The notes beneath the pieces were generated by a model. That model did no database searches, was not told the DNA's origin, and saw only the letters and a program-made list of their open reading frames with translations. The translations under genes were made by a program, and so were the position numbers. 32,000 bases of DNA from Candidatus Scalindua sp. (lineage in GTDB: Bacteria; Planctomycetota; Brocadiia; Brocadiales; Scalinduaceae): positions 2,940,001 through 2,972,000 of the forward strand of contig JALDRA010000001.1 in assembly GCA_031316235.1 (NCBI GenBank), in the 5' to 3' direction. This document shows, piece by piece, positions 25,910 through 32,000 of the stretch (positions are counted from its first letter, which is position 1; the number at the start of each line of letters is the position of its first letter).

Positions 25910-26122
25910 ATGAAAATGTTTGGCATACCAGGTGGGTGGGAGTGGATAATTGTACTGATTATTGCTTTGTTGGTTTTTGGCAAAAAAATTCCAACTACAA
26001 TGAGGTCTATTGGGAGGAGTGTTGTAGAATTTAAAAAAGGTTTAAAAGGGGTAAAAAACGAGGTTGAAGAAGTAGAGGAAGAGATTAAAAAAGTTGATGA
26101 TAATGATGTTTCTATAAAATGA
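25910..26122 (+). CDS. tatA: Twin-arginine translocase subunit TatA/E
   Basis: GGGAGG SD, then MKMFGIPGGWEWIIVLIIALLVFGKKIP (TM helix with the hinge FGKK), an amphipathic helix, and an acidic tail. Confidence 0.85.
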   Translation: MKMFGIPGGWEWIIVLIIALLVFGKKIPTTMRSIGRSVVEFKKGLKGVKNEVEEVEEEIKKVDDNDVSIK

Positions 26123-26413
26123 TTGCAACTTCTCTTGTGAATAAGCGGATTATAGTCAGCTGAAATTATGAGATGAAAGGGTGAAAATTTTTTCTTCGAA
26201 AAAGTGAGGGGATCTGTTATTACAATTAAGAAATTGGGTGGTTGTTAATTGTTTGAACTATTGATTACCAAGCTCTTTGGCCGTGGGTTAAAATTTTATA
26301 TTATGCGGAGGATGAATGAGAAGGTTATCGGGATTGAAATACTAATTTGGGGGAGGCAATATCACCTTTATTTAAATAAAAAGTGCTTATTCTATACTTT
26401 TGACGATGAAATG

Positions 26414-26489
26414 TGGTACCCCCAAGGGGATTTGAACCCCTGTCTCATGGCTGAGAACCATGTATCCTGGGCCTCTAGACGATGGGGGC
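26414..26489 (-). tRNA. tRNA-Glu (anticodon CUC), CCA encoded
   Basis: The reverse complement is GCCCCCATCGTCTAGAGGCCCAGGATACATGGTTCTCAGCCATGAGACAGGGGTTCAAATCCCCTTGGGGGTACCA. It folds as a cloverleaf with a D arm identical to E. coli tRNA-Glu, an anticodon loop TT-CTC-AG, and a G1-U72 wobble. Confidence 0.9.
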
Positions 26490-26607
26490 ATGAGCAGGCT
26501 GACACATGGTCGCTTTTACTGTTCGATTCTGTGTCAATCAGAACTTTATCAAAATTGCATTAGTTAATCAAATTTAAAATTATTTTTTAAAAAATAAATT
26601 ATTCTTA

Positions 26608-26635
26608 TTGACAAATATTCTTTTTTGTTTAAACT
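26608..26635 (+). promoter_or_regulatory. Candidate rRNA operon promoter with AT-rich UP-like region
   Basis: TTGACA (26608-26613), 16-nt spacer, TAAACT (26630-26635). It is preceded by AAATTATTTTTTAAAAAATAAATTATTC and lies about 130 nt upstream of the 16S 5' end. Confidence 0.5.
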
Positions 26636-26643
26636 GTGGTAAA

Positions 26644-26656
26644 TGTTCTTTGAAAA
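26644..26656 (+). promoter_or_regulatory. boxA-like antitermination element (leader)
   Basis: TGTTCTTTGAAAA resembles E. coli rrn boxA TGCTCTTTAACAA. The identical 13-mer recurs in the 16S-23S spacer. Confidence 0.45.
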
Positions 26657-26766
26657 TTTAACAGCATGAGAGCGAAGGATGTGCGATCCCTGCTTTTCTC
26701 TTTGCCATTAGTTATTTTGCTGATGGCGTGGAAAGGCTGGATTGAAAATTGAGAGTTTTAGAAACA

Positions 26767-28340
<1,574 letters not shown>

Positions 28341-28448
28341 ATTAGAAAATTAAAGTTGGTACATCCAACGCTTTTTATGCTGTTATTTTTACATATAGTT
28401 TGTTATTTGGGGTTGCTAAACCGTCTCGGAAATTTCGAGAAACAAGAG

Positions 28449-28526
28449 GGGCCTATAGCTCAGCTGGTTTAGAGCGTTCCCCTGATAAGGGAGAGGTCAG
28501 TGGTTCGAATCCACTTAGGCCCACCA
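28449..28526 (+). tRNA. tRNA-Ile (anticodon GAU), CCA encoded
   Basis: GGGCCTATAGCTCAGCTGGTTTAGAGCGTTCCCCTGATAAGGGAGAGGTCAGTGGTTCGAATCCACTTAGGCCCACCA forms a clean cloverleaf. Confidence 0.95.
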
Positions 28527-28563
28527 TCCTCAGAATTTTGTTAATTTTGAATGAATCCTTTCT

Positions 28564-28636
28564 GGGGATGTAGCTCAACTGGGAGAGCGCGGCCCTTGCA
28601 AGGCCGAGGTTAGCGGTTCGATCCCGCTCATCTCCA
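28564..28636 (+). tRNA. tRNA-Ala (anticodon UGC), CCA not encoded
   Basis: GGGGATGTAGCTCAACTGGGAGAGCGCGGCCCTTGCAAGGCCGAGGTTAGCGGTTCGATCCCGCTCATCTCCA. The G3-U70 identity pair is present, and the gene is followed by TAAG. Confidence 0.95.
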
Positions 28637-28670
28637 TAAGTTATAAATGGTAGTAAGCATTTCGATGTAT

Positions 28671-28683
28671 TGTTCTTTGAAAA
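28671..28683 (+). promoter_or_regulatory. boxA-like antitermination element (spacer)
   Basis: TGTTCTTTGAAAA is identical to the leader copy. It lies about 30 nt upstream of the 23S 5' end. Confidence 0.45.
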
Positions 28684-28714
28684 TTAGATAATATAAAAAC
28701 TACAAACGAAAATT

Positions 28715-31758
<3,044 letters not shown>

Positions 31759-31838
31759 AATTTTCTTTGTTAGTTTTATATTATTTAATTTCAAAGTTAA
31801 CTGTATTGTTAATATTACGATATGAAATCTCAAAAATT

Positions 31839-31947
31839 TCCGGTGACTATAGTAAGTAATCAAAACCCGTTCCCATTCCGAACACGGTAGTTAAAGTGCT
31901 TGCGCCGATGGTACTGTTCAAAAGACGGGAGAGTAGGTATTGCCGGA
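31839..31947 (+). rRNA. rrf: 5S ribosomal RNA
   Basis: The helix I ends TCCGGTGA and TTGCCGGA pair. Conserved blocks: CCCGTTCCCATTCCGAACACGG, GCGCCGATGGTACTG, GGGAGAGTAGGT. Confidence 0.9.
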
Positions 31948-31954
31948 TTAAATT

Positions 31955-31993
31955 AAAACCCATCCTGAAGATTTTTTTTGGATGGGTTTTTTA
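31955..31993 (+). terminator. Rho-independent terminator of the rRNA operon
   Basis: AACCCATCC (31957-31965), loop, GGATGGGTT (31980-31988), followed by TTTT. Confidence 0.7.
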
Positions 31994-32000
31994 GTTTACG

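Noticed and set aside
26166-26180. 12-nt match (ATTATGAGATGA) to the MITE 3' end downstream of tatA
   Set aside because: It is too short, and the flanking sequence does not align with the element. It is a chance match or an unrecognisable remnant.
26249-26563. 104-aa plus-strand ORF
   Set aside because: It overlaps tRNA-Glu on the opposite strand and has no SD or recognisable motif.

Overview
AT-rich chromosomal segment from an anammox planctomycete, most likely Candidatus Scalindua. The 16S gene contains exact complements of the probes Pla46, Amx368, BS820 and Sca1309 as I recall them. Gene order: a lipoprotein gene; an envelope/glycan cluster (transglutaminase-like cysteine peptidase, TPR protein, TPR-GT4, radical-SAM/SPASM enzyme, GT2, DUF2304); divergent hopanoid side-chain genes hpnH/hpnG followed by mtnA; trpG/pabA and pyrF. 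Next comes a 2-aminoethylphosphonate (AEP) biosynthesis and activation operon: split phosphonopyruvate decarboxylase, PhnW, a LicC/PntC-like cytidylyltransferase, and a nucleotidyltransferase-like domain fused to a CDP-alcohol phosphotransferase. No PEP mutase is present in the window. After that lies a partly decayed glucosylglycerate-type solute locus (intact MPGP-family phosphatase and glycerate kinase, relics of gpgS and a GH15 hydrolase). A minus-strand block follows (polyprenyl synthase, bioD, DUF62 SAM hydrolase, AmmeMemoRadiSam-type radical SAM enzyme), then tatA, tRNA-Glu, and a complete linked rRNA operon (16S, tRNA-Ile, tRNA-Ala, 23S, 5S, terminator). The main structure not explained by genes is a family of seven 104-142 bp MITE-like repeats, one of them inside the gpgS relic. 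There is also a single GC-rich 124-nt nested inverted repeat and two perfect 18-20 bp hairpins. All family calls come from motif recognition by eye; no database search was run.
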